Of a DNA stretch of 64,000 nt, positions 29,281 to 38,967 are shown one piece after another. Positions within the stretch are counted from its first letter, which is position 1; every line of letters starts with the position of its first letter. The notes under the pieces were generated by a model. That model was not told the DNA's origin. It saw nothing but the letters and a program-made list of their open reading frames with translations, and made no database searches. The translations under genes and the position numbers were made by a program. Source of the DNA: Clostridiaceae bacterium (lineage in GTDB: Bacteria; Bacillota; Clostridia; Acetivibrionales; DULL01); NCBI GenBank assembly GCA_012840395.1, contig DULL01000110.1:10002-74001 (forward strand), in the 5' to 3' direction.

Positions 29281-30774
29281 TTGGCTGATAATTTGATTTT
29301 AAGTGTAAAAGGAATATCTAAATACTTTCCTGGTGTAAAAGCTCTTGATAATGTCAGTTTTGATGTGGTTAGAGGTCATATACATGCATTGGTTGGTGAA
29401 AACGGGGCTGGAAAATCTACTCTAATTAAAATATTGTCAGGTGTTTACTCAGCCAGTGAGGGAGAAGTCATTTATAATGGGAAACCTGTAAAGATTAATA
29501 GCCCTCTGGAAGCCCAAATGCTTGGAATAAGCGTTGTTCATCAGGAGTTAAAATTGGTTGAGACACTTTCTGTAGCGGAAAATATTTTTCTTGGAAGACC
29601 AATAACCAAAAGAAAATCATCCCAAATAATTGACTGGAAACAGCAGTTTAAAGAAGCTCAAAAACTATTGGACAGATTGAATGTATCTTTGGATTTAAAT
29701 AAAAATGTCGGCAAATTAAGCGTTGCACAGAAACAAATAGTTGAAATTTGCAAGGCTCTGTCTTTTGATTCTGAACTTATTATAATGGATGAACCGTCTG
29801 CTACGCTGACTGAAAAAGAATTGGATTTATTATTCCAGATTTTGAAAATGCTGAAAGAAAAGGGAGTAACTATAATATATATTTCTCACAGGCTGGAAGA
29901 AATATTCAAGATAGCTGACAGAGTAACGGTTCTCCGTGATGGTAAGCATATTGAAACAAGGGATGTTAAGGATATCGACAGAAAAACCCTTATTGCCATG
30001 ATGGTAGGAAGAGAGTTGGAAAATGAATATCCTAAAGTTCCTGCTCCTATAGGTGATGTGCTTTTAGAAGTGAAGAATCTAAACAGGAGAAATGTACTGC
30101 ATAATATAAGTTTTACCCTTAAAAAAGGAGAAATACTTGGTATAGCAGGACTAGTAGGATCAGGAAGAACTGAACTCGCCCGGGCAATTTTTGGCGCTGA
30201 TACAGAAGTAAAAGGTGAAATTTATATTAAAGGGCAGAAGGTTTCAATCAATAACGTAACAGATGCAATAGAAAAGAAAATTGCATTGGTTCCAGAGGAT
30301 AGAAAACAACAGGGCTTGGTTCTTGATATGACAGTTAAAGAGAATATCAGTATGGTAGGTATAGATAAAGTATTAACCAGAGGAATAATTAATTCCAACA
30401 AGGAAAGAAACCTTGCAAAAAGATTTATAGAAGCCTTAAGAATAGCAACGCCTGATGAAGAAAGACAGGTTAAATTCCTAAGCGGTGGAAACCAGCAAAA
30501 GGTTGTTCTATCCAAATGGCTTGCAGTAGAATCTGACATAATAATATTTGACGAACCAACAAGAGGAGTCGATGTAGGAGCTAAAGCTGAAATCTATAAG
30601 ATACTAAATAATCTTGTTGCAGAAGGTAAAGGCGTAATTATGATTTCATCCGAGCTTCCTGAAATTCTCGGGATGTGTGACAGAATTCTTGTTATGCATG
30701 ATGGTAAAATTACCGGAGAAGTATTACGCGAGGACGCAACACAGGAAATAATAATGGAATATGCAACCAGGTAG
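29281..30774 (+). CDS. CUT2 sugar ABC transporter ATP-binding protein (module 2)
   Basis: Walker A GENGAGKST, LSGGNQQK, and Walker B IIMDEPS / IIIFDEPT. TTG start 6 nt after AGGGGG. Confidence 0.95.
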   Translation: MADNLILSVKGISKYFPGVKALDNVSFDVVRGHIHALVGENGAGKSTLIKILSGVYSASEGEVIYNGKPVKINSPLEAQMLGISVVHQELKLVETLSVAENIFLGRPITKRKSSQIIDWKQQFKEAQKLLDRLNVSLDLNKNVGKLSVAQKQIVEICKALSFDSELIIMDEPSATLTEKELDLLFQILKMLKEKGVTIIYISHRLEEIFKIADRVTVLRDGKHIETRDVKDIDRKTLIAMMVGRELENEYPKVPAPIGDVLLEVKNLNRRNVLHNISFTLKKGEILGIAGLVGSGRTELARAIFGADTEVKGEIYIKGQKVSINNVTDAIEKKIALVPEDRKQQGLVLDMTVKENISMVGIDKVLTRGIINSNKERNLAKRFIEALRIATPDEERQVKFLSGGNQQKVVLSKWLAVESDIIIFDEPTRGVDVGAKAEIYKILNNLVAEGKGVIMISSELPEILGMCDRILVMHDGKITGEVLREDATQEIIMEYATR

Positions 30775-30828
30775 TAAATTTCAACAAACAATGTTGAAAT
30801 TAATAATAAAAAAATAGGAGGAATATAC

Positions 30829-31869
30829 ATGAAGAAATTTATTAAGGTCTTTGCAGTTTTATTAGCACTGGTTCTTATGGTGACAGCATTTGCAGCATGC
30901 GGTTCAGACAAAAAGTCAGATACAGGTAGTGACAGTACTAAGGAAACAGAAAAGACATCTGAAACTACTACCAGTGAAGGAAAAAAGAAAGTTATAGGAA
31001 TTTCCTTATTCTACAGAAGAGATGAGTATTATAAAGACCTCGAATCAAGCTTTATCTATGAAGCTGAAAAAGCAGGTTATGAGGTTATCATCCAGGACGC
31101 AGATGCTGACCCTGCTAAGCAAACACAGCAATTAGAAGACTTCGTACAAAAGAAGGTTGACGCTATTGCTTTAGCTGCCGCTGACCCAGCAGGTTTGGTT
31201 CCTGCAATTGAAGCAGCTGTAGCAGCTGGTATACCAGTTATAACTTATGATGGTCCCTCTGAAAGTGATAAAGTAATAACTCACGTAGGTTTTGACTTCT
31301 ATCAGGATGGAGCATCAGTAGGTGAATGGGTAAAGAAATATATCAATGAGAATTTAGGCGGTAAAGCTGAAGTAGCTATAATCGACTTCCCTCAATCAGC
31401 TATCGTATGTGGATTAAGAGCACAAGGTTTCAGAGATGTAATGGAAACAATGGAAGGAGTAAAAATAGTTGCACAGCAGGATGGAAAAGCTTCAAGAACT
31501 GATTCAATGTCAGTTATGGAAAACATTCTGACAGCTCATCCTGATGTTGACGTAGTTTTCGGTATTAACTATGACACCTGTGCAGGTGCTGCAGCAGCAA
31601 TTGAAGCAGCTGGAAGAACAGACATTATAGTTACAGGTGGAGCATGGGGTGAAGAGCCTTTCACAAAACTTGAAAATAATGACCCAATTCTCAAGGCATT
31701 CTTTGTTACTTCACCTGCTGTACAGGCTGCCGATACTATTAAGGCATTAACAGAGTACTGGGAAGGAAAAGAAGTACCCAAGGACTACATGTCCGAATCC
31801 AAGGTATACGATGCAACAAACATAAAAGAACTTGATTGGAAAGCAATTGTTGCAAGAAGGAAAAATTAA
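30829..31869 (+). CDS. Sugar ABC substrate-binding lipoprotein (module 2)
   Basis: Lipobox FAAC followed by a Ser/Thr/Glu-rich linker. PBP type I pattern paralogous to 26867-27895. Confidence 0.85.
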   Translation: MKKFIKVFAVLLALVLMVTAFAACGSDKKSDTGSDSTKETEKTSETTTSEGKKKVIGISLFYRRDEYYKDLESSFIYEAEKAGYEVIIQDADADPAKQTQQLEDFVQKKVDAIALAAADPAGLVPAIEAAVAAGIPVITYDGPSESDKVITHVGFDFYQDGASVGEWVKKYINENLGGKAEVAIIDFPQSAIVCGLRAQGFRDVMETMEGVKIVAQQDGKASRTDSMSVMENILTAHPDVDVVFGINYDTCAGAAAAIEAAGRTDIIVTGGAWGEEPFTKLENNDPILKAFFVTSPAVQAADTIKALTEYWEGKEVPKDYMSESKVYDATNIKELDWKAIVARRKN

Positions 31870-31912
31870 AACTAGCTTATTTAACAGTTTTGCGTTAATT
31901 AACAATTTTCCT

Positions 31913-31946
31913 AAAAAAATGAGTGGGTGTACCCACTCATTTTTTT
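31913..31946. terminator. Bidirectional-looking terminator after module-2 ABC operon
   Basis: aaaaaaatgagtggg-tgta-cccactcattttttt: a perfect stem flanked by an A-run and a T-run. Confidence 0.8.
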
Positions 31947-32004
31947 GATAAATACATATAATTTTGATAATATAATTATAGAATTATTTTGCGAAGGAAT
32001 AGAA

Positions 32005-33846
32005 ATGATTAAGAGATTAATCAGTTATTTTGAAAATCAGAGTCTAAAAAGAAAGCTACTGGAATTTTTTTTGATGGTATCTATGATACCTGCCATATTG
32101 CTGGGCTTTTTTTCATATAATATCTCTTCTAATCTGGAGAAGGAAAGAAGAATCGATGAAACAATTTATCAATTAAACAACATTAAAGAAAAGGTCACAG
32201 AATTATTAAAAGAAAAAGAATTGGTAGCTATAAGATTTTATTTGAACCGAAATGTAAGTGAAGTATTACAAAATTTTAACAACATAGATTATAACAGTCA
32301 TGAAGTTTTGGTTGACAGTGGTAATGAGAATAATAGTGAAATAATTAAGAAAGTATTTGAACTTAAAAAAATGCTTTTCGATAATAAATTTATTGAAAAT
32401 ACCCATTCAATCTATATTATCAGTAATAACGGATACGTTTTTACAAGTGATATTAATCCAATATATGAACCTGAATATATATTGGATATCCTTTCTGATG
32501 ATATACCTAGAGATGGAAGGAATTATAATTGGGGTAATATAAGAGAATTTGGAGAATATAAGGTAATTCCTTTAATAAGGCTCATTAAGGATAAATCAAA
32601 TAAAAATACAATCGGATTTGTACTCTTAAATATCGAAGAAAAAGCTTTGTACAATATTTATAGCCAGGATTTAAAGAATATTTCAGATTCTATAGTAATA
32701 CTGAATCAGAAAAACAACATAGTATCATGTAATGACAAGAGATTACTGGGCAAAAGTTTCGAGGAAGTATACTCTTTAAAAGATGGTTTTCCATCAAAAT
32801 CCGGATACTTTACTTCAAAAATCAATAAGACAGAATACATTTTTATATATTCATCAGATGAAACAAATGGATGGAAATATGTAGGGGTGATGCCATTATC
32901 TAAAATTACTGCCTCTTCCAATAATATCAAAAAGATAACCATGATTCTGATTTTTGGCAGTATAGTCTTGTGTATTTTAATTTCTATATTTGTGACAAGC
33001 AGGGTTACCAAACCAATAGAAAAATTATCTGATATTATGGATAGCGCGGAAAGCGGGAATCTTGATGTTGATTTCAGTCCCAGATATAATGATGAAATAG
33101 GGAGACTTGCAAGAAGTTATAATAACATGGTAGAAAGATTGAGAATTTCAATCCAGGAAATATTTTATATCCAAAATAAAAAAAGAGAAGCAGAGTACAG
33201 GGCACTGGAATTTCAGATAAATCCGCACTTTTTGTACAATACCTTATCCTCAATAATATGGCTGACAAATAAAGGAGAAAAAGAAAGCGTAATTAATATG
33301 GCCAATTCCCTTTCAAATCTTTTCAGAATAAGTATTAGCAAGGGAAGAGATATGATTACTATCAGGGAGGAACTTGAGCATGTAAGAAATTATCTAGAAA
33401 TTCAGAAAATAAGGTATTCAAATCAATTTAATTATATATTTGATATAGATCCGGATATCCTTGATTGTTATACGATTAAAATCATACTTCAGCCTTTGGT
33501 TGAAAATGCCATATATCATGGTATAAGGGAAAAAGATGTTGATGGTCTTATAACCATTACTGCCAGAAATGAAGATAATAAAAAGATAATTATTGAGGTA
33601 ACAGATAACGGAGGAAATATAACCTGGGAACAGATAAATAATATTAATAGTTATTTGAAAAAAGGAGATAATGAAGGCAATCATGGGATAGGCCTAAGAA
33701 ACGTAAACGAAAGGATAAAATATTATTTTGGAAAATCTTACGGCCTTTGCCTTGACAAGAAAGATAATAATACTGTTGCCAGAATAGAACTTCCGATATT
33801 AAGGGAGGTTAACAAGAATGTACAACATTTTAGTAGTCGAAGATGA
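32005..33846 (+). CDS. Sensor histidine kinase, YesM/LytS-type (module 2)
   Basis: Same architecture as module 1 (INPHFLYNTLSSIIWL; HATPase_c). Start reset to ATG 32005 behind GAAGGA. Confidence 0.9.
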   Translation: MIKRLISYFENQSLKRKLLEFFLMVSMIPAILLGFFSYNISSNLEKERRIDETIYQLNNIKEKVTELLKEKELVAIRFYLNRNVSEVLQNFNNIDYNSHEVLVDSGNENNSEIIKKVFELKKMLFDNKFIENTHSIYIISNNGYVFTSDINPIYEPEYILDILSDDIPRDGRNYNWGNIREFGEYKVIPLIRLIKDKSNKNTIGFVLLNIEEKALYNIYSQDLKNISDSIVILNQKNNIVSCNDKRLLGKSFEEVYSLKDGFPSKSGYFTSKINKTEYIFIYSSDETNGWKYVGVMPLSKITASSNNIKKITMILIFGSIVLCILISIFVTSRVTKPIEKLSDIMDSAESGNLDVDFSPRYNDEIGRLARSYNNMVERLRISIQEIFYIQNKKREAEYRALEFQINPHFLYNTLSSIIWLTNKGEKESVINMANSLSNLFRISISKGRDMITIREELEHVRNYLEIQKIRYSNQFNYIFDIDPDILDCYTIKIILQPLVENAIYHGIREKDVDGLITITARNEDNKKIIIEVTDNGGNITWEQINNINSYLKKGDNEGNHGIGLRNVNERIKYYFGKSYGLCLDKKDNNTVARIELPILREVNKNVQHFSSRR

Positions 33847-35416
33847 ACAGATTATGAGAGAGGGAATCGAAGAAATATTAAAGGAAAATAAAAACCTTAA
33901 TGTATATACTGCAAGGAACGGTCAGGTAGCTCTTGAAATTATTGAAAACAATAACATCCATGGCATGATATTAGATATAAGGATGCCTAAAATGACAGGT
34001 ATTGAGCTTTTGAAGGAACTTGACAGAAGAAATAAGAGAATAGAAACAATAATACTTAGTGGGCATGATGAATTTGAATATGCAAAAGAGGCAATGAAGT
34101 ATGGTGCCATAGATTATATTTTAAAACCCTTTACTCCTGCTGATGTCAGTTATATTTCAGAGAAATTGTTATGTAGTATAGTGGCTAAAGAAAAAAAGGA
34201 TAGAGAAATAGAACAACTCAGGGAACAAATAGAGAAGAATAAATCAGCTATACGAGAAAGGTTTTTTTATGATTTACTAAACAAGGGCATGAGTCAGGAA
34301 ATTCTCCAGGAAAAGCTAAAATTTCTGGACATGGAATTAAAAGGAGAATTTTATCAGGTATTTGTAATAGAAATTGATGATGAAGATCAGATTATAAAAT
34401 TAAAAAATGAAGAAAACTATCAGATTATTGTTATGTCGGTATATAACAGGTTAAAGAATTATGTTGACCGGATAGAGTACTGTGAGCTGTTCCATTTAAG
34501 TACTAATATTTTTGTAATATTATTTAATAATAATGTTCCGGAAAATAATGATGCAGTATATAGCGCTTTGGAAAAACTTCTAACAGAAGTAAGAGAACAA
34601 CTAAATATATCTTTAAGTGTTGGGGTAGGAGAAATCCTGAAAGGAATCAAGCATATAAAAACCTCATATAATCAGGCTCTTCATGCTCTGAAATACAAGA
34701 TTTTACTTGGAGGCGGAAATATAATAAATATATGGGATCTTGAAAAAAGTGACAATACACCTATAGCTGATTTTAATGAAGAAGAGTTTATTAGCAAGAT
34801 AAAGCTAAATCAAACAGATGAAGTAATGAAGCTTCTTGATGATATCTTCCAAAGTGTGAAAAAGTCTCAGACAAGCTTAAATTTGTATAGTTTAAACCTG
34901 ATATGTATGAGGATAATCACAGCTTGCCTTGTAGCTCTGGAAGAAACAAAAACTCCTATGGAAGATACCAGTGAAACTAAATGGTCAAATCCTTTCAATG
35001 ATTTTTTTAAATTAAAAACTCTTGATGAGATTATTAACTGGACAAGTAAATTCGTTATAAATTGTATGGAACATCTGAAAAGAAACAGAGATAAAAAAAG
35101 CAAGAGTACAATAGAACATGCAAAAGATATAATACATAAGAACTTCAAGAAAGATTTGTCTCTTGCAGATATCGCAGGAGCCCTGCAGCTAAGCAAGAAT
35201 TATTTCGGCCAGATTTTTAAAGAACAGATGGGCCTTACGGTCAATGAATACATAAACATGGTCAGAATAAAAAAGGCCAAAGAACTTCTGGAAAACAGCA
35301 CACTCAGAGTATATGAAATTGCATACGAAGTAGGCTTCAATGATCATCATTATTTCAGTTCTGTATTTAAAAAAATTGTAGGGGTATCACCTACTGAATA
35401 TAGAGAATTACTGTAA
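33818..35416 (+). CDS. Response regulator, REC + AraC-type HTH (YesN-like, module 2)
   Basis: REC (LVVEDE...HGMILDIRMP) and AraC HTH (YFGQIFKEQMG...GFNDHHYFSSVFKK). Overlaps the kinase gene by 29 nt. Confidence 0.9.
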   Translation: MYNILVVEDEQIMREGIEEILKENKNLNVYTARNGQVALEIIENNNIHGMILDIRMPKMTGIELLKELDRRNKRIETIILSGHDEFEYAKEAMKYGAIDYILKPFTPADVSYISEKLLCSIVAKEKKDREIEQLREQIEKNKSAIRERFFYDLLNKGMSQEILQEKLKFLDMELKGEFYQVFVIEIDDEDQIIKLKNEENYQIIVMSVYNRLKNYVDRIEYCELFHLSTNIFVILFNNNVPENNDAVYSALEKLLTEVREQLNISLSVGVGEILKGIKHIKTSYNQALHALKYKILLGGGNIINIWDLEKSDNTPIADFNEEEFISKIKLNQTDEVMKLLDDIFQSVKKSQTSLNLYSLNLICMRIITACLVALEETKTPMEDTSETKWSNPFNDFFKLKTLDEIINWTSKFVINCMEHLKRNRDKKSKSTIEHAKDIIHKNFKKDLSLADIAGALQLSKNYFGQIFKEQMGLTVNEYINMVRIKKAKELLENSTLRVYEIAYEVGFNDHHYFSSVFKKIVGVSPTEYRELL

Positions 35417-35533
35417 TAATTGTTATTAATACTGGAACTTTTTTGCTTTTTAATGTTATAATATACTTTGCGATTAATGAGCAACCCATATAACGTTAAA
35501 TATACAGCTTTAATCAGAGGAAGGAGTAAAAAG

Positions 35534-36742
35534 ATGGCAAGAACTGTAGGAACTACTGTAAGAGGTATCAGAGCCCCAATATGCAAAGCAGGAGATAATT
35601 TGGTGGAAATAGTTGTAGAAAGTGTTTTGAACTCAATGAAGAGCGAAAATTTTCCGCTTAAAGACAGAGATATTATAGGTATTACAGAATCACTTGTAGC
35701 CAGGACTCAGGGCAATTATGCAACTATTTATGATATTGCCTGTGACATAAACAGTAAGTTTAAAGAAGATAATTTAGCTGTTTTATTCCCCTTATTGAGC
35801 AGGAATAGATTTTCTATAATATTAAGAGGAATTGCATTAACTGGGAAAAAATTATTTGTTGTACTAAACTATCCCTCTGATGAAGTTGGAAATAGTCTTA
35901 TAGACGAAGAGTTGCTGGATGAACTTGACATAAATCCATATACGGATGTTTTGACAGAAAAAAAATTCAGGGAACTGTTTGGATATAATGCCAAACATCC
36001 AATTACCGGTGTGGATTATATTGAAGAATATAAGAAACTTGCAGTAAATGATAATATCGAAATAATCCTGGCCAATGACCCTAAAGTTGCTCTAAATTAT
36101 ACCAAAAACGTACTTGTGTCAAATATACATTCCAGAAACAGAACAAAAAAGATATTGAAAAAGGCTGGGGCTAAGACCGTATATAGCCTTGATGAAATAT
36201 TAAACAAACCGGTTAATGGCAGTGGCTATAACGAAGAATTTGGGCTCCTTGGATCCAATAAGGCTACCGAAGAACAGATTAAGCTATTCCCAAGGGATTG
36301 CAAAAGGATAGTTGAGGAAATACAGAAATTAATGAGAATAAGGACAGGAAAGCATGTTGAGGTAATGGTTTATGGAGACGGAGCATATAAAGATCCGGCA
36401 ACAAAAATATGGGAACTGGCAGATCCCGTAGTATCTCCGGGGTATACTGACGGACTGAACGGATATAGAAATGAAATAAAGCTTAAATATATAGCTGACA
36501 ATGATTTGGGTACTTTAAATCAAAAAGACATGCAAAATGCCATTATACAAAAAATTAAAGAAAATGAAAGAATGAATGAAAATGAAAAATGCCCTACAAA
36601 TAAAGAGTCATCTATGGGCACAACCCCAAGACAGATTACCAGCCTACTTGGGAGTCTTTGTGACCTTACAAGCGGAAGCGGAGATAAGGGTACCCCAATC
36701 ATACTGATAAGCGGATACTTTGATAATTATGCCTCGGAATAA
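35534..36742 (+). CDS. CofE-like (F420-0:gamma-glutamyl ligase family, PF01996-type) protein with a large internal insertion
   Basis: The N-terminal block (GIRAPICKAGDNLVEIV..DRDIIGITESLVARTQG) and C-terminal block (LCDLTSGSGDKGTPIILISGY) align with archaeal CofE. At 402 aa it is well above the ~250 aa of canonical CofE. Start reset to ATG 35534 behind GGAAGGAG. Confidence 0.7.
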   Translation: MARTVGTTVRGIRAPICKAGDNLVEIVVESVLNSMKSENFPLKDRDIIGITESLVARTQGNYATIYDIACDINSKFKEDNLAVLFPLLSRNRFSIILRGIALTGKKLFVVLNYPSDEVGNSLIDEELLDELDINPYTDVLTEKKFRELFGYNAKHPITGVDYIEEYKKLAVNDNIEIILANDPKVALNYTKNVLVSNIHSRNRTKKILKKAGAKTVYSLDEILNKPVNGSGYNEEFGLLGSNKATEEQIKLFPRDCKRIVEEIQKLMRIRTGKHVEVMVYGDGAYKDPATKIWELADPVVSPGYTDGLNGYRNEIKLKYIADNDLGTLNQKDMQNAIIQKIKENERMNENEKCPTNKESSMGTTPRQITSLLGSLCDLTSGSGDKGTPIILISGYFDNYASE

Positions 36743-36748
36743 GAAGAA

Positions 36749-36785
36749 GCAAACTCGCTTCGTTGGAGATTAAACTACGGGGCAG
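36749..36785 (+). repeat. Degenerate partial copy (C) of the intergenic repeat
   Basis: Exact 14-mer gcaaactcgcttcg (36749-36762) shared with copies A and B, followed by a recognisable but diverged continuation (ttggagatt...cgggg). It runs into the SD of the HD gene. Confidence 0.5.
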
Positions 36786-36794
36786 GGAGGTTAA

Positions 36795-37997
36795 ATGATT
36801 AATAAAGATTTCTTGCAGTTTTTATTTGAAGCTGCGTCCATGCAAAGATGGAATGACCACATAAGACCTCATAAAGGCTTTACTGAGTTAGATAAACAGG
36901 CTCAAAAAATGTTCTATGCCTATGTGCTGGCTAAATACGAAGAATCTGACAGGAAAGCTTCTATTAATTGGGTTAATCTTATTGAGGGCAGCATGTTCGA
37001 ATTATTTCACAGGATATTACTGACTGATATTAAGCCTCCGATTTTTCACGAATTAATGGCAAAGAAGGAAAAACAGCTTAATCAATGGGTTATTGAAGGG
37101 CTTAGGAGCAAAGGTGTTTACGACATCAAAGGAAACTTTAAGGAAAAGATTAAAGAGTATTTTTTCAATCCTGGGTATAGTGCCATAGAAAAGAAAATAT
37201 TAAAAGCTGCTCATTACATGGCAACAAATTGGGAATTTCAGATAGTATACAGATTAAGTTCAGGTTTTTGGGGCCTGGAAGAAACGAAAAATAGTATTGA
37301 TAATGAACTTGAAGAACATTACGACCTGGCTGGTGTTCAAAGATTAAACATAGGGAAGAAAACAAAGGCGTTTCTTGATCTGATAGGTCAGCTCAGGTTC
37401 CAGCAAAGATGGGCACAGGCACCAAGAGTACCTGAGACTTCTGTTATGGGTCATATGCTGATAGTAGCAATCCTTTCATATGTTTTTACTGTTGAACTTG
37501 AAGGATGTAATAAAAGAATATATAACAATTATTTTGCAGGATTATTTCATGATCTGCCTGAAGTATTAACAAGAGATATAATTTCTCCTGTAAAGCGTTC
37601 TATCCAGGGATTAAGTGATGTTATAAAGGAAATTGAAGAAAGACAGGTAGAGGAAAAAATATTTCCTTTAATTCCTCAATCTTGGCATGATGAATTAAGA
37701 TATTTTACTAAAGACGAATTTAAAAGTAAGATAATTAAAGAAGGCCAGATTATAGAAGTAGATTCCGAAGATATTAATAGAGAATATAATATTGATATGT
37801 ATAATCCAATGGATGGCCAAATAATTGAAGTATGTGATAAATTATCCGCATATATGGAAGCATGTATGTCAATCAATCACGGAATAAAATCACCCTTCCT
37901 TGAAGAAGGAAGAAGAGTCATATTTGACAGATTTAAAGACAGCAAGGTGGCAGGAATAGATTTTGGCCAGCTATTCCGCAACATAATAGTACAGTAG
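36795..37997 (+). CDS. Tandem YfbR-like HD-domain phosphohydrolase (degenerate N-terminal half, intact C-terminal half)
   Basis: C-terminal half has QQRW...SVMGHMLIVA...GLFHDLPEVLTRDIISPVK, matching the YfbR H...HD...D pattern. N-terminal half repeats the scaffold (MQRW...FHRILLTDIKPPI) with HD replaced by HR and the first His missing. Confidence 0.75.
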   Translation: MINKDFLQFLFEAASMQRWNDHIRPHKGFTELDKQAQKMFYAYVLAKYEESDRKASINWVNLIEGSMFELFHRILLTDIKPPIFHELMAKKEKQLNQWVIEGLRSKGVYDIKGNFKEKIKEYFFNPGYSAIEKKILKAAHYMATNWEFQIVYRLSSGFWGLEETKNSIDNELEEHYDLAGVQRLNIGKKTKAFLDLIGQLRFQQRWAQAPRVPETSVMGHMLIVAILSYVFTVELEGCNKRIYNNYFAGLFHDLPEVLTRDIISPVKRSIQGLSDVIKEIEERQVEEKIFPLIPQSWHDELRYFTKDEFKSKIIKEGQIIEVDSEDINREYNIDMYNPMDGQIIEVCDKLSAYMEACMSINHGIKSPFLEEGRRVIFDRFKDSKVAGIDFGQLFRNIIVQ

Positions 37998-38011
37998 CAT
38001 TATACATGCAG

Positions 38012-38806
38012 TCATACAGAAGACAGCAGATTATTTATATTATCCCAAAATATCATTTTTCTCTCTGTTTCGGTCAGCTTCAGTTTAAGAAATCTATCAA
38101 TCTCTTCTTCAAAGGACCACATGGGATAATCGCTTCCAAAAACAATTTTATCTATACCATGGGTTCTGATGATTTTTTCAGCGGTGGTGCTGTCCAGTAT
38201 CATCAGACTGCTGGAGGTATCCATATATAAATTTTTGCCAGCCAGGAATTCTAACGACTCATCCCACATGCTATATCCCCCTAAGTGGGCAGCAATAACC
38301 TGCAGCTTAGGAAATTGATCTATTATTTTTGCTAAACGGGCAGGAGAAGAAGAGTTCTTGTTTTTATCGCCCATATGCACAAGAAGGGGGAGTCTTCCTT
38401 CTACTGCTTTATATAGAGGTATCATTCTGTCTTCATCCAAATAAAATTCCTGAAATTCGGGATGCATTTTTATGCCCTTTATACCCATACTAATCATTCT
38501 ATCAATTTCTTCTTCAATATTTTCCATGTCAGGATGAAGAGTGCCAAAACCAGTAAAACAATCATATTGTGAAATTAACAGGGATATGAAATCATTAATG
38601 GGCTTAACCTGTTCAGGCTTTGTTGCAGTAGAATGGACCAGGTATCTTGATATTCCGGCTTTTGTACCTTTTTCCAGAAGATCAGATATGGTACCGCTGC
38701 CTTGCATCGTGATACCATAGTATTTACTTATAGCGTCAACTGCCTTATCTGCTATTTTATCAGGATATATATGTACATGAGCGTCCATTATTTTATATTG
38801 CATCAA
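38012..38806 (-). CDS. Amidohydrolase-2-type TIM-barrel metal-dependent hydrolase
   Basis: N-terminal DAHVHIYP metal motif, later HMGD and an H..GG region. 264 aa. Start is TTG 38806 or ATG 38803. Convergent with the HD gene, only 14 nt apart. Confidence 0.75.
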   Translation of the reverse strand: MMQYKIMDAHVHIYPDKIADKAVDAISKYYGITMQGSGTISDLLEKGTKAGISRYLVHSTATKPEQVKPINDFISLLISQYDCFTGFGTLHPDMENIEEEIDRMISMGIKGIKMHPEFQEFYLDEDRMIPLYKAVEGRLPLLVHMGDKNKNSSSPARLAKIIDQFPKLQVIAAHLGGYSMWDESLEFLAGKNLYMDTSSSLMILDSTTAEKIIRTHGIDKIVFGSDYPMWSFEEEIDRFLKLKLTETERKMIFWDNINNLLSSV

Positions 38807-38881
38807 TATGTATCATCCTTTTTTGTATATTTAAAAGCTTGGTTTATAAGAAATTTTAACACAATTAATCACCGGGTACAA

Positions 38882-38967
38882 GCAAACTCGCTTCGCCCGG
38901 GGATTCAGCGGGGGTCTTGTAATCTCCCGCTGAACAAGATTTTTATTATATTTTGTATCAATTCAGC
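38882..38967 (+). repeat. Structured GC-rich intergenic repeat, copy B
   Basis: 57-nt core at 38882-38938 (51/57 match to the reverse complement of 19450-19506). A weaker flank ends in caattcagc (38959-38967). Inner hairpin is ttcagcggggg-tcttgtaat-ctcccgctgaa. Confidence 0.8.
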
